A stretch of DNA of 64,000 bases, from IMG/VR virus record IMGVR_UViG_3300009184_000029, positions 158,830 to 222,829 of that record. One strand, given 5' to 3'. Under the pieces are notes generated by a model, which was not told the origin of the DNA, made no database searches, and saw nothing but the letters and a program-made list of their open reading frames with translations. Of this stretch, positions 20,755 through 32,080 are shown one piece after another (the first letter of the stretch is position 1; every line of letters starts with the position of its first letter). A program made the position numbers and the translations under genes.

Positions 20755-22550
20755 TGAATAGTGGACAAGAAAATACAATAGTTTTAGGTTCTTTAAGATA
20801 TAAAGGGGCCGTTAATACTAACTTGTTTATTCAAGAAGTTTTAGTCGGTAAACAAAAAGAAATTATAGATTCTGAAAGAAGTATAACGGTTAATTTACCA
20901 AAATTATATCAAGACGAAAGACAAAAATCTAACATCTTTAGGCCATCGGCTAAGTTTGATTTAATTTTAAAAAATTCATATGTTGGTAAAACAGATTATA
21001 GAAGATTTCAAAATCAATTGTATTATACTAACGCTTTAAATGATAAGATTGCGGATGTTAATAACGGTTCTACATATTTGGCGTGGCAAGGATTTCCACA
21101 ATATAATGAATTTGATTTTATTAGAAATGACAATGATTTACCTTCATGGACTCTATCTGGAGGGGCACATTTAATTACATCACAAAAAGATGTTACTGAA
21201 AGGAATTGGTATTTTTATATGTCATATGTTTATAAAGGAGACCCAGATGTACCGATGAGATTTTATGAAGGTACGTCAACATCACCATCAATTAGTTGGA
21301 TGGCAAATCAAGGAGTACCATTTAAAACGGGAAGAAATCAAATTGATGGGAAAAATTTAGTAACATTTAAATGTATTACTAATCACGGATTAAGTGTTGG
21401 TGAAAGTGTAAATTTATTAATTAATAATAGTGCGTCAACTGTAACAGTTTATAGTTTAGGAGATGGTTCTTTTGGCTCTGATGAATTTATTTTTAACTTA
21501 TATAATGTTTGGTCAGACAGTTTAACGCCATATCCTCCTAATTTATGGGGTACTGCTAAAAGAGTTTTGAGACTTGATGCAAGTGGTAATAGTATATCGG
21601 AATACGTGTCTAAATATTATGTTAGAGTACATAAAATTATTACAAAAAATTCAGATAAAGTATTAACAAAGGCTGGTTTTAATCAGAATGCTTATAGGAC
21701 GACAACTAAATATGAGTCATCGGCTTTAACACCTAATTTAGTATCTAGAATATCAGTTAAAGAAGGTAGTCAAGAATATAATTTATCATTTAATACTGAT
21801 ATTAATGTTACAAATTTAATTGACAACCAAAAAAGACCTGTATCTGAAATTTTTTATACTATAATAAATAAAGGTCAGTTTGGGTGGTTTAATAGACCTG
21901 TTGTAATTCAACAAGGTATATTACCTAAAGGTCTATTAACAGGATGGGAATTTAATATGAGTACCTCAAATAGTGGTAATTCTTGGTGGAACACTTCAAC
22001 ACAACCATTAAATACTGATAATATACCACTGTTAAGTTATACTAGAACCTCAGGGGTTACTAAAACTTTTTACTATAACAATGAACCGAAAAATGGAGAA
22101 ATTTACGGAGATTTATGTGAGTGGAACGACTTAGAACAAATTGAAAAAGTAGTATCAAAAAGAATACATAAATTAAAATTTAATCAAGATATTTTTGTTA
22201 CTGATACAAATACAAATAATAGTGGTGGTTATTATTATTATCCTTTTTATAGCCAAAAAATTAGACAATTCTCTAATTATTTAGAAGAAGGTGACCCGGT
22301 ATTAACTACAAATATACCTGATTACGCATATTACTCAACTAATAATAATTTGTTCTATTGGAGAGATATATACGACTATGGTATTTTTGATTCTGATAAT
22401 CAAGGAATAAATTTTCCATATTCAAATGACGGACATTATCCGTATTCAAATTACGTATTTAAAATAATACCAGAAGGTTCTAATTTTGCGGATGCTAATT
22501 CTAACCAAGATAATTTAGTTCAATTACCTTTATCAGATGCCTGTGAATAA
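20754..22550 (+). CDS. Putative structural protein (598 aa)
   Basis: TAATG coupling to the upstream gene; beta-rich N/S/T/Y composition; HGLSVGESV motif. Confidence 0.6.
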   Translation: MNSGQENTIVLGSLRYKGAVNTNLFIQEVLVGKQKEIIDSERSITVNLPKLYQDERQKSNIFRPSAKFDLILKNSYVGKTDYRRFQNQLYYTNALNDKIADVNNGSTYLAWQGFPQYNEFDFIRNDNDLPSWTLSGGAHLITSQKDVTERNWYFYMSYVYKGDPDVPMRFYEGTSTSPSISWMANQGVPFKTGRNQIDGKNLVTFKCITNHGLSVGESVNLLINNSASTVTVYSLGDGSFGSDEFIFNLYNVWSDSLTPYPPNLWGTAKRVLRLDASGNSISEYVSKYYVRVHKIITKNSDKVLTKAGFNQNAYRTTTKYESSALTPNLVSRISVKEGSQEYNLSFNTDINVTNLIDNQKRPVSEIFYTIINKGQFGWFNRPVVIQQGILPKGLLTGWEFNMSTSNSGNSWWNTSTQPLNTDNIPLLSYTRTSGVTKTFYYNNEPKNGEIYGDLCEWNDLEQIEKVVSKRIHKLKFNQDIFVTDTNTNNSGGYYYYPFYSQKIRQFSNYLEEGDPVLTTNIPDYAYYSTNNNLFYWRDIYDYGIFDSDNQGINFPYSNDGHYPYSNYVFKIIPEGSNFADANSNQDNLVQLPLSDACE

Positions 22551-23418
22551 ATTTAAAATAGTTCCTGACGGTACGAATAAAAATCTAAATGTTAAATTAT
22601 ATTCTGAATGGGATTTGGAAGATAGGGACGACGCTATTGATGAATATAAAAATACTGTTGTAGAAGAAGTTGTTGGTAAACCAGTTGACTATGAAATAGG
22701 TAGATTTGAATTTAAATTTGGAAATATTGAGTATAAATTTTATTTTAATAATAAAAATTTAAAAAACGCGACATTTGCGGGTACTAGTTATACTGCGTAT
22801 CCTAACTATGTTGATATAAATGACCAACCTACTTCAGTTTTCACTGTACCTGAAATATATTACCAAGGAACTGCATTTAAAAATTCGTTTTTCAAGTTGG
22901 ATTTTTATGATAGTAGTGACCCCGGTACCCAAACAATACAATTCACAATAATAATTCCAACACATCAAGGAGAGGTACAAACTGTTACGTATGAATATAG
23001 AAACTATATAATCAAACGACCATGGTTTAAATTAAATAAATTAACAGATAAAGAAGGGTATTATTTATATTGGTTGAAAAAAAAGAATGTATTTAATATA
23101 GATACTTTTTATATGAGTGCTAAGTTTTTTGATGCTAAAACAGGTAAATTTTTAACTTTTTTAACATCTAAACAATTATCATTAGGTAACTCAACACCCA
23201 ATAAATTTACTTTCACAAATAATCTAAACAAATTTTCATATTATAAAGTTAAATTAGATTATAATGATTTCAGTTATTTAGTTGGTGGACTATACGAAAC
23301 ATTTACAAATATACCATCATCATCAACAACCGACGGTGTTATTACTTATAATAATACTAATGCTAATTTATTTGGCACTTCTAATAATCCTGTTGTATGG
23401 TACGAATATTTAGACTAA
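22537..23418 (+). CDS. Putative structural protein (293 aa)
   Basis: Overlapping operon member; FKNSFFKLDFYDS, FYMSAKFFDAKTG. Confidence 0.6.
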   Translation: MPVNKFKIVPDGTNKNLNVKLYSEWDLEDRDDAIDEYKNTVVEEVVGKPVDYEIGRFEFKFGNIEYKFYFNNKNLKNATFAGTSYTAYPNYVDINDQPTSVFTVPEIYYQGTAFKNSFFKLDFYDSSDPGTQTIQFTIIIPTHQGEVQTVTYEYRNYIIKRPWFKLNKLTDKEGYYLYWLKKKNVFNIDTFYMSAKFFDAKTGKFLTFLTSKQLSLGNSTPNKFTFTNNLNKFSYYKVKLDYNDFSYLVGGLYETFTNIPSSSTTDGVITYNNTNANLFGTSNNPVVWYEYLD

Positions 23419-23419
23419 C

Positions 23420-24511
23420 ATGGAAGTAAACGATAAATATATAAAAATTTCACCTGAGGTTATTAGTGGTGACATATTCCCACAAACCTATGATGGTAAA
23501 ACATTTGGGATATATTCGAGTATGACTATGGTATTAAGCGCGGGAACTAATGGGTCATCATTATTAACTGGGCTTACAATACCAATAGTTTTGGAACAAT
23601 CAGTACATAACATTGGTTATTATGACGTTTTTGATGGGGAGGTATTACAAAAAGATACTGTGAGTAATTTTATTTTTACAACAGGGTCAACTACAAATCC
23701 GTATGTAATATATGTTTATAACACTTCAGATATAACTACTAAAAAATATTTAGAATTATCAACCTACGAAATAAATTGGGGGGATAGTACTATGTATTAT
23801 CCTTACAACGCATTTAATTCTGCTCACACTTATTCTATATCATCTGCTTATACAATAACATTAAGACAAACTAATCCATGGGGAGTTATTAACGTAGTAA
23901 AAAACATTAAAATCCCATATGACCAAACTCCCGACGATTCAAATCCAAACGGAACTGCCACTTTTACACCATCAGGTGGGTCATGGATTGGTACCCCGAT
24001 AAGTTATGACTATATTTTTCCCTTTGATTCTAATATTAATAAATCATATCAGGTAACAAGTAATTTCCCTCAGTTTTATCAAAATTTACCATTCGCCGTA
24101 ACCTCTTTTACTAAGTCTGAATTAACGACATTAGAAAAATATACATCACCTCAATACATAGTTAACTACGAAGTATATTTAAACCAACAATATGTCGGTA
24201 AAATAACTTCTAGTTCACAGACCCAAATTAATTATACGATTTACGATATTGACTATATAGATTTTTCTGACGGGACTTCAGTTAGGGTTGCGTATTCATC
24301 AGGTGTTACTCCTAATAATATCACACAAAGTGCAATAACAAAAAATGAGGTATTAATGAATATGGTTGAGCAGCCACAAATACAATCAAATGTATTTATA
24401 GAAAGAGGTAAGAGTTCAGGACTTGAATCTTTAAGAAGGATTGGTGAAGTTGATAGTATTAGGGATTTGGAGAGATATGGATATAAATATTTTAATATAA
24501 TTGAGAACTAA
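23420..24511 (+). CDS. Putative structural protein with PKD-like segment
   Basis: INWGD...HTY...YTITL PKD-like pattern. Confidence 0.6.
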   Translation: MEVNDKYIKISPEVISGDIFPQTYDGKTFGIYSSMTMVLSAGTNGSSLLTGLTIPIVLEQSVHNIGYYDVFDGEVLQKDTVSNFIFTTGSTTNPYVIYVYNTSDITTKKYLELSTYEINWGDSTMYYPYNAFNSAHTYSISSAYTITLRQTNPWGVINVVKNIKIPYDQTPDDSNPNGTATFTPSGGSWIGTPISYDYIFPFDSNINKSYQVTSNFPQFYQNLPFAVTSFTKSELTTLEKYTSPQYIVNYEVYLNQQYVGKITSSSQTQINYTIYDIDYIDFSDGTSVRVAYSSGVTPNNITQSAITKNEVLMNMVEQPQIQSNVFIERGKSSGLESLRRIGEVDSIRDLERYGYKYFNIIEN

Positions 24512-24513
24512 AT

Positions 24514-25419
24514 ATGGCATTAGGTACATACGGAACATTAAGACCAGCTGACGTTTCACCGGCGGATGTTGACATACTACTAAATTACACTCCATCGAGA
24601 GATGTGACTGAAAATTTTATTTTAAAAAAATTAAATTCACAATCTATATTAAAACCATATTTTCATAATCAAAATACTGGTGGTAATAATAATGTTGAAT
24701 TATTGGGAGGGTTATATAACCTAACTTTACCTGCTACTGAGTTTAATCAACTTGGAATATATACTTTATATATTAGACCTGCGGAAATTAGAACATCAAT
24801 CACAGATTGTGGAGTTTTATCTGCGTTACCAAATGTAAGAGGATTAGTTATTGATTTAAATAATGTCCCTGACCAGTTTAGAAATAAATTCACCTCTCAA
24901 GGTTTAGTTGGGTTTAGAGTTGAATATTTAAATTCTGATGGAACAAAAGTACCAAACTTTTTTAGAGTTGTTACTTCTTCATTTTATTGTGAGGCAGTAA
25001 CTTCCAATCAATCAAATACTGCGCAAAAGGCGGTTAGATATAGATACGTTAATGGTCAATCTAATTTAATGTTTTTAACATTAACACCATCATCATCACC
25101 AACTAATAATCCTGCATCGGTACCTTTCATAGGACAACCTGGACAAAATATTATAATTACTAATACATATTTTAATCCTACAACTATTGAAGTTGAGATG
25201 GTTGAACATGACGCATCCACATTGGCTATTGCTCTTTATGGTAATCAAACAAAATCGATGGATGATGGTATCTACACAATTTATGACAATAATAATAACA
25301 TCTATAGACAATATAACTTGTATGAAATACGTGACCAATTTAATGAGTTACTTTATGAGGTTAGACAAGAACGTACAAATATTGACTTTAGTAAAAACTT
25401 TGGAACAATAATCGCTTAA
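24514..25419 (+). CDS. Putative structural protein (301 aa)
   Basis: Operon member with 2-nt spacing. Confidence 0.6.
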   Translation: MALGTYGTLRPADVSPADVDILLNYTPSRDVTENFILKKLNSQSILKPYFHNQNTGGNNNVELLGGLYNLTLPATEFNQLGIYTLYIRPAEIRTSITDCGVLSALPNVRGLVIDLNNVPDQFRNKFTSQGLVGFRVEYLNSDGTKVPNFFRVVTSSFYCEAVTSNQSNTAQKAVRYRYVNGQSNLMFLTLTPSSSPTNNPASVPFIGQPGQNIIITNTYFNPTTIEVEMVEHDASTLAIALYGNQTKSMDDGIYTIYDNNNNIYRQYNLYEIRDQFNELLYEVRQERTNIDFSKNFGTIIA

Positions 25420-28400
25420 TGGCTACTAAGTATACTTGTCCACCACAATCTCCATCAGGTTTTGGAACCTTTTCGGATAATTTAGTCGGATTCCAATTAA
25501 CCGATGGGGGAGGACTTACGCAAGGTAATTTTAATTTTACAACAGGAGTCACTGAAAAATCAAATAGAAATTTTGAAACAGGGGTTTTTGGTCAACCGAT
25601 TAATTTAGAGACATTAAACATATCTGTAGAAGAAAGTAAAAATATACAATCAAATATAACAGGAGTTTATCCTAATTTTGATTTAAGTTTTATCTCTAAT
25701 TTTACACTTTTTGGACCTTTATCTGAAAGATTTTCAGCTTCGATAACTAAAATAGTTAATTTTTTTCCTGCATCTTTAAATATTAAATTTAGAAGACCAA
25801 ATTTTACAACTGGTTATACTGCATTTGATATCAATTATGATAGTGATGAAAATGAAACTGAATTTAGTATTTATGTATCGGCAATAACAAATCCATTTGG
25901 TATTGATTTTACAACTAATTCTGCGAAGAATATTGCAAAATCTGAATTACCATTATCTAAGTTAAGGGATATAACTACTAATTTCAGAAGTTATACATTA
26001 ATACTAAGCTCGACTTCGTATAATTTAAAATATTTCTATCCTTCAGCGACTTTAACTGGAGGTACTATAAGTTTAGTGGTTAATGGTAATCCATTTTCTG
26101 CGGGAACCGCGACAACTACATCATACGATTCTTTTATTGTAAGACCGAATAATATCGAAGTAGAACAAGTATTTGATTTTGATTTTGACCAAGTTGATAA
26201 CTTTTTATTAAACAGGTCGGTTAGTCCAATCTATACTGCAATATTCAAAGTCCCAAGAGTTTCAGATGATGGGATTTATTATAATAGTAATGAAAATACT
26301 ACTTGGCCATTAGATGGTGAATGGAATTTAGATATAAGAACTCCATTATTTGACAATTACGTATCTAAATTAAATGAAATAGCTGAAAACTTTGATAGTT
26401 TTAAAACAAATTTAATCTCAAGATTTTTGACTACAAATTCATTTATTGAATTTGATACTCCGGATAGAAAGATTGATAAAGTATTAAAGATTTATGGTAG
26501 AAGTTTTGACGAGACAAAGAAATATATTGATGGTTTGTCACATATTATTTCAGTAAATTATACTGTTAAGGATGATATCCCCTCACAATTATTAACAAAT
26601 CTTGCGGAAACTATAGGTTGGAATCCATCGATTTCTCCAATCTCACAAAAAGGAGTTAATAGTACGGTTTATAATGAAAGTTTAGGTTCTGAGTTTGAAG
26701 GTATATCGGTAGGTATGACTCAAGATGAGTTAAACTACCAATATTATAGAAATTTAATACTTAATTCGGCGTACCTTTTTAAGTCTAAAGGTACTAGAAA
26801 ATCTATAGATTTTTTATTAAAATTAATTGGAGCACCTGAGGCATTGATTGAATTTAATGAATCAGTTTATGTTGCAAGTCAAAAAATAAATGTATCAGAT
26901 TTAGATTCCCAATTTTCATTAATTGGTGGAGGAACATTTAGTGAAACAGTTCCTGTGTTAGATACAAATAGTATATATAATTTTAATGGAGATTCGGTTA
27001 CAGGATACACTTCTGAAACTCGGTCAACAACAATTGCGATTACAAGAGAGGATTATCCTGTTGACTCTGAAGGATATCCTTCTCCGCCAACAAATACTGA
27101 TGGATTCTTTTTCCAAAAAGGGGCTGGTTGGTACCAATTAACACCTGACCATCAAAGTAATTTAAAAGTTGACACTACTTTAAGTGTGTTCACAGGTTCT
27201 AACCCTGATATACAAACTAGTTTTTCTGAGTTTACTTATGGTAAGGAATATATTGATAGATTTAGAGATTTCCCATATACTAACTTAGGATATAGTTTAA
27301 CAAGGGTAACTGATAATAATAAAAGTTGGGGGAATAATGAAATTCCATATAGAAGTAATGAAGACGCTAGTTATTATGCATTTTATCCTGTAGGTGATGA
27401 GAGATTGGTTATAAACGCAAAGAACACTGAAATTTTCTTAAATCCTGCACAGGCCTTGGCTTATGATGTATGGTATCTTTCACAACAATATGATTATCCA
27501 ATTCCTAACTCAGGACTTAGTAATCCATATCCTCAAACAGGGGGGGTTGATTCTACAGTTATTAATCCAAAACCAAGAACTCAACCATTTTTCGAGTTCT
27601 ATCAAAGTTTTTGGAAGAATATGATTAATGTTAGAAATAGACAAATAAGTACGGATGGTAAGACAGGTGGATATCCTACATTACAATATTTGTGGTATAG
27701 TTATTTGACAATGTATCAAGATACAGGTATTCAAAATGACAACTTTAGTTATCAAAAAATGATTGAATACATTTCAGGGATTGGGGGGTATTGGTTGAAC
27801 TTAGTCGACCAATTTGTTCCGGCAACAACTTTATGGAATGGGGGAACAAAACTTGAAAATTCGATATTCAACAGACAGAAATTTTTATATAGAAGAAATA
27901 GAAAATATCAATTACCTACACAATCGGTACCTGGTTCACCAACTGTGGCACCATTAGGTGACTATGGATGTTTAGAAGAGACTGTTGTATTGGGGTATGG
28001 TATAATTACCGCATCTATTCTAAGTCAAGCTATTGCTAACTACCAATTAACTAATCCAAATACAAATTTAAATACTGTAAGTACATATTGGAAATTAAAA
28101 TTAACACTTGACGGGATTACAATAACCTCACCAACTAATTTCTTTGTTGGTAATGGAACAAACGGAGGTGTTGACGAATCATTCCCTAGTGACTCAGTAG
28201 TTGATGATGCAGTTAATACTTTCTTTACTAATAATAGTGTAATTAACGCTTTAACTACTGAATTCTACAACGCGACTCCAGATACTGCGAATAATAAAAT
28301 ATATTTAACTACAACAAATTGTCAACAAGCGGATTTACAAGTGGCTAACTTGGGTATTGATTTATTGATTAGTGCTTTATCTAATACTACGGATGCGGGT

Positions 28401-28907
28401 GTTTATTGGATAAAATTGGTTTTTGGATTACCAACAAATTTATCACAACAAATTACGTTAATATTTAAAAGAACTTCATTAACTACTGTTGGTACAAATG
28501 TTAATGCATTTAATTATGTTAGTATTGCTGGTACTGGAGGGGGTCCGACATACACATCAATAGTTGATACTGATAAGACATTAATAAAAGATACTACTAG
28601 ATGGAAAGTTAAAACTCCAATGTATGCAGTGTTAACTGCGGGAAGTAATGGTGGTAACAGGATTTATTTCAGTGTTCAAAAAAATGATTTAACTACAACT
28701 AATTATCCTAATAATCTTGGATGGGGATTAACATCTACCGCGGCTCCATCAGGTACAAATCCTGCAACTGGATTAGTATGGCCGGCAGCTAATCCTAGTT
28801 TAGTTGGATTAACTTCAGATGTAGATATTTTCTACTCAACAGACTTTTATACAACTAATGTTAATAATGTAAATTGGAACCCTAATCCATCAAATATAAT
28901 AATATAA
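25419..28907 (+). CDS. Baseplate wedge protein, gp7 / P2 gpI-like domain in a large protein
   Basis: LLTNLAETIGW and AYLFKSKGTRKSIDFLLKLIG motifs typical of the gpI/gp7 family. Confidence 0.65.
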   Translation: MATKYTCPPQSPSGFGTFSDNLVGFQLTDGGGLTQGNFNFTTGVTEKSNRNFETGVFGQPINLETLNISVEESKNIQSNITGVYPNFDLSFISNFTLFGPLSERFSASITKIVNFFPASLNIKFRRPNFTTGYTAFDINYDSDENETEFSIYVSAITNPFGIDFTTNSAKNIAKSELPLSKLRDITTNFRSYTLILSSTSYNLKYFYPSATLTGGTISLVVNGNPFSAGTATTTSYDSFIVRPNNIEVEQVFDFDFDQVDNFLLNRSVSPIYTAIFKVPRVSDDGIYYNSNENTTWPLDGEWNLDIRTPLFDNYVSKLNEIAENFDSFKTNLISRFLTTNSFIEFDTPDRKIDKVLKIYGRSFDETKKYIDGLSHIISVNYTVKDDIPSQLLTNLAETIGWNPSISPISQKGVNSTVYNESLGSEFEGISVGMTQDELNYQYYRNLILNSAYLFKSKGTRKSIDFLLKLIGAPEALIEFNESVYVASQKINVSDLDSQFSLIGGGTFSETVPVLDTNSIYNFNGDSVTGYTSETRSTTIAITREDYPVDSEGYPSPPTNTDGFFFQKGAGWYQLTPDHQSNLKVDTTLSVFTGSNPDIQTSFSEFTYGKEYIDRFRDFPYTNLGYSLTRVTDNNKSWGNNEIPYRSNEDASYYAFYPVGDERLVINAKNTEIFLNPAQALAYDVWYLSQQYDYPIPNSGLSNPYPQTGGVDSTVINPKPRTQPFFEFYQSFWKNMINVRNRQISTDGKTGGYPTLQYLWYSYLTMYQDTGIQNDNFSYQKMIEYISGIGGYWLNLVDQFVPATTLWNGGTKLENSIFNRQKFLYRRNRKYQLPTQSVPGSPTVAPLGDYGCLEETVVLGYGIITASILSQAIANYQLTNPNTNLNTVSTYWKLKLTLDGITITSPTNFFVGNGTNGGVDESFPSDSVVDDAVNTFFTNNSVINALTTEFYNATPDTANNKIYLTTTNCQQADLQVANLGIDLLISALSNTTDAGVYWIKLVFGLPTNLSQQITLIFKRTSLTTVGTNVNAFNYVSIAGTGGGPTYTSIVDTDKTLIKDTTRWKVKTPMYAVLTAGSNGGNRIYFSVQKNDLTTTNYPNNLGWGLTSTAAPSGTNPATGLVWPAANPSLVGLTSDVDIFYSTDFYTTNVNNVNWNPNPSNIII

Positions 28908-28908
28908 A

Positions 28909-31086
28909 ATGGCAACATATTCGATATCAGTAACAGGGGATTGTAGTAACACAAATAATGGGGTGTTTAATTTAAATATTGACCCAGGTTCAGGACCTTA
29001 TTTAGTGTCTTGGACAGGTAATATTTTTTCACCACAAACCACCTCTCAAAATTATGTCCAAACAGGACTTAGTGCTGGAAGTTATTCAATAACAATCACA
29101 GACTCTTCATTACCTGTTAATATAGTTACAGGTCCTATTTTATTCTACATTTCATCTGGATTTAGTTTAAATGTTTCAAATGTTATTGATACAACATGTT
29201 CAATATCAAACGGTTCTATAACATTGAATTCTAGTTCAAATTACGGAAATACTAATGCTGATTTATATTTTACAAATGAAAACGGTATAACTAACAGATT
29301 ACAAACAATAAAATTAAGTCAATTAGATTATACTGTTAGTAATTTAAGTAACGGAACTTATTATTTTAGAGGTGTTGACGAAGGAGGTTGTATTTGTAAC
29401 AGTCAAACTGCTATTGTTAGAAATTCATCTAATTTTGATTTTGGTTTATTTGTTGTTGATACTAATAGTTGTGGTACAGACTCAGGTAAACTTTATGTAA
29501 CAGGGTTAACAGGTACTCCACCATTCACATACCAATGGGTAGGAGCGTCAAATATTCAACAGACTACAGACTATGCAACTGGGTTAACTCAGGGTTTTTA
29601 TACTTGTACTATTGAAGATTCTACAGGGTGTGTCACTTCTAGAAGTGCTACCATATCATTATTAAGTCCAATGTCGTTAAGTAATTACACTATTGAAACA
29701 CCAACATGTGTTGGTAATGATGGTTCATTAACTGTTTATTTAAATGGAGGAACACCACCATATTATTGTTTATTATCAAATGGTGAGGTTATTACAACTT
29801 TAAACACTGGTATAACTTTTAATAACCTTGTATCAACCACATACCAGTTAGAGATTACGGATGCGACTTTATGTAAATTAAATTTAACTATTCCTGTAAT
29901 TTCACCTAACTCATTTAATGTTTATTCGGTAAGTACTACAAATTCAAATTGTTCGTATAGAGATGGTAAAATAAGTATTTTAATGCAAGATGGAATACCT
30001 CCTTATACTGCGACAATTACTAAAAATAACGGGGATACCCAAACTTTAGTAACATACCAAAGTGATATTACTTTCCAGGGTCTTGAATCGGGTACTTATG
30101 ATTTAAATATTTCCGATAGTTTATCATTATGTTCTTATTCAAGTGGATATACTATAGATAATGTTACAGAATTTACATCAGTATTAAGTACAACTGGAGC
30201 GACTTGTAGTAATGATAATGGGGTTTTAAGGGTACAAACAACACCATCAACTACTGCAACAACTTACTACAATTACACGTTAAATAACGGATTTTCTAGT
30301 GGACCAACATATGTGACGGATTACTATTTCACAGGATTAAGTGTTGGAAATTATACATTGGCAGTTCAGAATTCAAATAATTGTATTGAATCTTATGATT
30401 TTGCAATTTCCCAAGGAAACACCGCACCAAATATAACTTTATTATCAACAGGATGTGGTACAGGTAGTGGTGGTACTATTTCTCTTATTATTGATGGAGG
30501 TCAGTATCCTTATACTATCGAATGGGGTACTAATATTAGTGGACAAACAGGTACTTTTATAACTGGATTAACTGCTGATTTTTATGAGGTTACTGTGACA
30601 GATGCTAATGGATGTCAAGACTATTCATCTACTGAAATAGTATGTGCTCAAAGAGTTGCGTCATCACAAAGTATTAATGTTGGAGGTATTGTTAGTAAAA
30701 CTACAAAAACTAATGGACTTACAATTTATAAAATGTTGTCACAAACATTTGCAACTTCGATATCTAACGCTGAAAATTGTATTTTAACCGCGACCACATT
30801 TACGGCTAAAGCAGTTTTGGATAGTATTGAATATACTAAAGAATTCTATAATGGTACTTCGATAGATGACTATCCTAGCGATGAATTGTGGGAAACGATT
30901 ACTGAAACTTTATTATCATCAGTTTACGGTGTGGCGTCTGTTGATATTGATATTGTGACAAATAGTGTTGTAATTACAAGTGAACAAGTTGGGGGGGTTG
31001 ATGTACTTGCAAATAAAACTTTATATTATTATTTAACCATAGATTGTGAATCTTCTTGTCAATTTTCAGGAGGAACAAGTTGTTAA
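28909..31086 (+). CDS. SprB-repeat (Ig-like) protein
   Basis: Multiple repeats of C....G.I....GG.PPY...W...TGL..G.Y.V.(I/V)TD..GC. Confidence 0.8.
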   Translation: MATYSISVTGDCSNTNNGVFNLNIDPGSGPYLVSWTGNIFSPQTTSQNYVQTGLSAGSYSITITDSSLPVNIVTGPILFYISSGFSLNVSNVIDTTCSISNGSITLNSSSNYGNTNADLYFTNENGITNRLQTIKLSQLDYTVSNLSNGTYYFRGVDEGGCICNSQTAIVRNSSNFDFGLFVVDTNSCGTDSGKLYVTGLTGTPPFTYQWVGASNIQQTTDYATGLTQGFYTCTIEDSTGCVTSRSATISLLSPMSLSNYTIETPTCVGNDGSLTVYLNGGTPPYYCLLSNGEVITTLNTGITFNNLVSTTYQLEITDATLCKLNLTIPVISPNSFNVYSVSTTNSNCSYRDGKISILMQDGIPPYTATITKNNGDTQTLVTYQSDITFQGLESGTYDLNISDSLSLCSYSSGYTIDNVTEFTSVLSTTGATCSNDNGVLRVQTTPSTTATTYYNYTLNNGFSSGPTYVTDYYFTGLSVGNYTLAVQNSNNCIESYDFAISQGNTAPNITLLSTGCGTGSGGTISLIIDGGQYPYTIEWGTNISGQTGTFITGLTADFYEVTVTDANGCQDYSSTEIVCAQRVASSQSINVGGIVSKTTKTNGLTIYKMLSQTFATSISNAENCILTATTFTAKAVLDSIEYTKEFYNGTSIDDYPSDELWETITETLLSSVYGVASVDIDIVTNSVVITSEQVGGVDVLANKTLYYYLTIDCESSCQFSGGTSC

Positions 31087-31090
31087 TTAA

Positions 31091-32068
31091 ATGAGAAGTA
31101 TTACTCTAAATAGCGTAAATGGTACACCACCATATAGGATTTTCGCATGTGATTCATCGGAAACCGATTGTACATTAGTTTATTATACCGAAAATTCAAT
31201 TCCACCATCGGTTGAAATACCGATACCAACAAAGTACTCAACCGCCCCATCAGTTAGAATAAAAGTGTATAATACTGACGGGTGTATTTTAATTGAGGAT
31301 TTTAATTGTGTCACACCAACTCCAACACCTACACCTACAATTACTCCAACAATACCTCCTACACCGTCAATGACACCGTCAATGACTCCAACTATATCTT
31401 TAACACCTTCAAATACCCCAACAATTTCTATTACACCGTCAATAACTCCTTCTACAACAGTAACACCTACTGTAACCAATACCCCGACACCAAGTTCGTT
31501 ACCTGAAACTCCCCAAGCTTATTTGTTTATTGAACCATTTAGTGCTTCCTCAAGTATAGGTAATTATATGTACAACAATGGTTCAACAGGGTTTTACGGA
31601 TTTACAAATGCTACTAAACCTAGTTCATCATCTTCGGCCTTTACATTAGAGATGAATCTTTATTGTAGTTATTCAGGGTGGACAAATGGGGAATTACCTG
31701 CAATTGTTAAATCACAAATACCTCAGGCAACATCTGGGTTTGATTCTTTGGGTAATCCAATAATTTCATATAATTTTCAAACAGTACAAATACCACCTGA
31801 TAGTGTTTTAGATAATGCTTGGTATACATGGATAATACCACCGGCATATACTAATAACCAATACCAACTTGAAATCGGGTTGAGTGACAATAACCCAAAT
31901 ATTTTTACAAGTGTTTACACTGAACCAACCATATATTCAAATAGTTTCTATTATTCAGGTGGAACAATTGCTCAATATACTTACCGAGTTTATACTTCTT
32001 ACCCTGACCCAACGTTTAGAATAAATAACAATACCGTTCTTTATTTTAAAGGAAGTGAGGTAGGGTAA
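31091..32068 (+). CDS. Modular protein: N-terminal SprB-like adaptor, Pro/Thr linker, unknown C-terminal domain
   Basis: N-terminal 73 aa paralogous to 32925 and 41479; ~60-aa TPT tract. Confidence 0.7.
   Translation: MRSITLNSVNGTPPYRIFACDSSETDCTLVYYTENSIPPSVEIPIPTKYSTAPSVRIKVYNTDGCILIEDFNCVTPTPTPTPTITPTIPPTPSMTPSMTPTISLTPSNTPTISITPSITPSTTVTPTVTNTPTPSSLPETPQAYLFIEPFSASSSIGNYMYNNGSTGFYGFTNATKPSSSSSAFTLEMNLYCSYSGWTNGELPAIVKSQIPQATSGFDSLGNPIISYNFQTVQIPPDSVLDNAWYTWIIPPAYTNNQYQLEIGLSDNNPNIFTSVYTEPTIYSNSFYYSGGTIAQYTYRVYTSYPDPTFRINNNTVLYFKGSEVG
31310..31500 (+). repeat. Pro/Thr (TPT/TPS) low-complexity coding repeat
   Basis: ACN CCN codon repeats with synonymous variation. Confidence 0.9.
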
Positions 32069-32076
32069 TAATTATA
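32069..32076 (+). promoter_or_regulatory. Putative late promoter variant TAATTATA
   Basis: TAATTAT ends 5 nt before ATG 32081. Confidence 0.4.
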
Positions 32077-32080
32077 GTAT